This document shows, piece after piece, positions 62,017 through 64,000 of a DNA stretch of 64,000 nucleotides. This stretch comes from Candidatus Rifleibacteriota bacterium (GTDB taxonomy: Bacteria > Muiribacteriota > Ozemobacteria > Ozemobacterales > Ozemobacteraceae). The notes below the pieces were generated by a model. That model did not search any database, was not told where the DNA came from, and saw nothing but the letters and a program-made list of their open reading frames with translations. The translations under genes were made by a program, and so were the position numbers. The stretch lies in NCBI GenBank assembly GCA_017417215.1, contig JAFPZP010000090.1, positions 294-64,293 of the forward strand, written 5' to 3'. The stretch's first letter is position 1. Each line of letters begins with the position of its first letter.

Positions 62017-63957
62017 TTAAAGGTACAACTCTTTTTGCAGATTTATTTTTTTATTCCATATTTCTTCATATACCATATTTATTAAATCTCTGAGTTCAAC
62101 CTCTGATATATTTATTCTTGCAGCAGTTTTAGAAATAATATTGTATTCGGTATCTGTTATTTGTCCATCTGCTGCGGCAATAATTATTAATATAATTAAC
62201 AAATCTTTGTCTAATCTTATGTTTGATGTAGCTAAAGTATAACTAAACGGATCGCTTTTCATCTGCATTTCATTAATACAGCTCTGAATCTGTCTTTCAG
62301 TGATATTGTGAATTAACGCTATCTCTCTTATCGTTTGCATTTCTCTATGGTCTATTATATTGTCTGCCAGCATTATTGAAACGACAAACCTTAAAAGGTC
62401 TTTTTGTGAATATTTATTTAGGATTTCCTTGTTTATACTAAGAGAATTATATTTATTAAGAATTGTTTCTTTTTTATCCTCTTGCGGTTTTGGAGATGTA
62501 TCATACTCTTTATTTGCTTTGGGTATAAAATAATCCAAATTATCATATGTTTTATCATAAGAATGATTGAAGAGGCTCTTAGTCTTAGAATCATAATCAT
62601 TGGCTTCTTCTAACAGCATATTAGCAATAGAACCTTCGGAATCGTAAACATTATCAAGTATCCAATCTTTACTAACATCATTAGCCTTTGTATTGCAGAA
62701 TTCACAAATGCTGCTGTTGTTATAGCTTTCTAATGCTCCGCAGTTTGGACAATGGGTTCCACAGAATGTTTTATTTATATCTGTTACACAATTAATGTTT
62801 CTTTTTAATACAAATAATGTCTTTTTATGAAGGCTAATTCCAGAATTTTCTGAGCAGCCATTCCATATTATTTCAGCAAGAAGAAAATGCATGTCGTCTG
62901 TTTTGGTAACGCCTTTAACTTCTATTGAATCTATTCCAACGTCCTTAGTGGTATAAAAGATACCCTGTATTCTTCCTTCTTGAAAATGTTTTGTAAATTC
63001 ATCTGTGCAAATCTTTAAAATAGGATTTAAAGAGGATTCTTTTTGGGCTTCAATTATGCGCCAAAATATAATAGAAAGCTTATCTTCTATATTTTGCAAA
63101 CTAAAATTAGAATCATATTTTATTAGGTTGCTTAATCCTGGAATATCGGTATTATGGCTTTCTTTCCACTCATATTTTTGGTATATTCCAGTAAGAATCC
63201 AATCTAATTGTCCACTTTTTAAAATACTGCCGCAAGAAGAACATTTTATATCTTCTGTTTTATTTATCCTTGTGGAACAGTTAGGGCAGTAACCTTCTAT
63301 TATTCCGTTGCTTTCATTGCTTTTCGCGTTTTTGTTTCTGCAAAAACACCATATTTCAGTAAAATATTCTGGGCTATACTGGCGGCCTTCGAGTATATTA
63401 TTAGTCTTTAGGTCTTTCTTAAAGTTGATTGCCGATGCTTTTATCTCAACATAGACAGTATCATAATTTGAATTGCTTTCATATTTTTCCAGTTCAATAG
63501 AAGATATTTCAATATTTTTCATGATATCTACTATGTTTCTATCTTTCATGTCATTTATCTGAATCTGGAATTGTTCATATGTTCCATCGGCGAGTATAAA
63601 CCTTACTTTACTTAAATCTTGAGATGTCCAGGCTATTTGTATTTTAGTAAAAGCTTTTTTTACTCTATTTTTAAAATTTTCCAGGTTAAAATCTGGATCT
63701 GAATGTTGTAAGTATGAAGTTATTTTTTCATTCTTTATCTTTCTGTTATATTCATCTTCATAGCCGAATGGCATTAATTTTTGGAATTTTACTATCGAAC
63801 GAACAGCAAAATAGATTATTGCTCCGTCTACTAGAAATCCAATTGGGTAAGCTATGGAAAGAATTGCAAATCCAATTACATAAATGGTAATTGAAGATTC
63901 TTCTTTTTCTTTTTGGGGCCTTCTTAAAAATACGATACCAAAGCAGATTAAATTCAA
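62017..63957 (-). CDS. Membrane protein with 2x (Tim44-like domain + zinc ribbon) and 2x TerB-like C-terminal modules
   Basis: N-terminal TM segments. Tim44-like pattern FNLENFKNRVKKAFTKIQIAWTSQDLSKVR...EIWCFCRN. CPNC...CSSCG and CPNCG...CEFCN ribbons. TerB-like LLRFVVSIMLADNIIDHREMQTIREIA and LLIILIIIAAADGQITDTEYNIISKTA. Confidence 0.55.
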   Translation of the reverse strand: MNLICFGIVFLRRPQKEKEESSITIYVIGFAILSIAYPIGFLVDGAIIYFAVRSIVKFQKLMPFGYEDEYNRKIKNEKITSYLQHSDPDFNLENFKNRVKKAFTKIQIAWTSQDLSKVRFILADGTYEQFQIQINDMKDRNIVDIMKNIEISSIELEKYESNSNYDTVYVEIKASAINFKKDLKTNNILEGRQYSPEYFTEIWCFCRNKNAKSNESNGIIEGYCPNCSTRINKTEDIKCSSCGSILKSGQLDWILTGIYQKYEWKESHNTDIPGLSNLIKYDSNFSLQNIEDKLSIIFWRIIEAQKESSLNPILKICTDEFTKHFQEGRIQGIFYTTKDVGIDSIEVKGVTKTDDMHFLLAEIIWNGCSENSGISLHKKTLFVLKRNINCVTDINKTFCGTHCPNCGALESYNNSSICEFCNTKANDVSKDWILDNVYDSEGSIANMLLEEANDYDSKTKSLFNHSYDKTYDNLDYFIPKANKEYDTSPKPQEDKKETILNKYNSLSINKEILNKYSQKDLLRFVVSIMLADNIIDHREMQTIREIALIHNITERQIQSCINEMQMKSDPFSYTLATSNIRLDKDLLIILIIIAAADGQITDTEYNIISKTAARINISEVELRDLINMVYEEIWNKKINLQKELYL

Positions 63958-64000
63958 TATCCATAAAGTTTTATAGGTTTTGAAGAGTTTTGCTCTTTCT

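Overview
AT-rich chromosomal window from a flagellated diderm bacterium, shown by L-ring FlgH, secretin PilQ, an OM beta-barrel and many lipoproteins. The lineage cannot be fixed from sequence alone. An uncultured gut lineage such as Melainabacteria would fit the composition, the MucBP-like adhesin domain and the cyanobacterial-style heptamer repeats, but this is low confidence.

Gene order:
- 1-10 kb: a very AT-rich surface-glycan locus with an aminotransferase, a priming sugar transferase, GT2/GT4 transferases, two TupA-like ATP-grasp ligases and a Wzx flippase.
- 10-14 kb (minus strand): DUF501-flgF-flgG-flgA-flgH.
- 14.5-18.4 kb: rpmF-plsX-fabG-acpP-fabF, followed by spoVS and a TPR protein.
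- 20.5-30 kb (minus strand): three tandem lipoproteins, an OM beta-barrel and a 1245-aa TPR protein.
- 30-43.7 kb: aroC; pilMNOPQ; a SpoIID-like protein; queH; miaB; a DnaB-C-like pseudo-ATPase with acyP; and a small B3/4 / DUF4160 cassette.
- 43.8-52.1 kb: alpha-2-macroglobulin and pbpC, separated by a 630-nt structured spacer.
- 52.2-64 kb: mrp/apbC; a 5'-nucleotidase; a second SpoIID-like gene; a MurNAc-type salvage operon (murQ, BadF-type kinase, and an ABC importer with a fused binding-protein/permease); and a Tim44-like/Zn-ribbon/TerB membrane protein.

No rRNA, tRNA, CRISPR array, transposase or integrase was seen.

Most notable observations:
1. A nested-hairpin palindromic element family has two copies lying in-frame in the glycan locus. 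One of them fuses two transferases into a single 639-aa ORF.
2. Identically spaced sigma-28-type promoter motifs (CTAAA-N16-GCCGAT) sit in front of the flagellar rod operon and of the giant-TPR/OM-barrel pair. This suggests an undescribed motility-linked envelope module.
3. Intergenic heptanucleotide tandem arrays resemble cyanobacterial STRRs.
4. A 21-codon hydrophobic mini-ORF lies in the A2M-pbpC spacer.
5. The peptidoglycan-sugar salvage operon has an unusual architecture.
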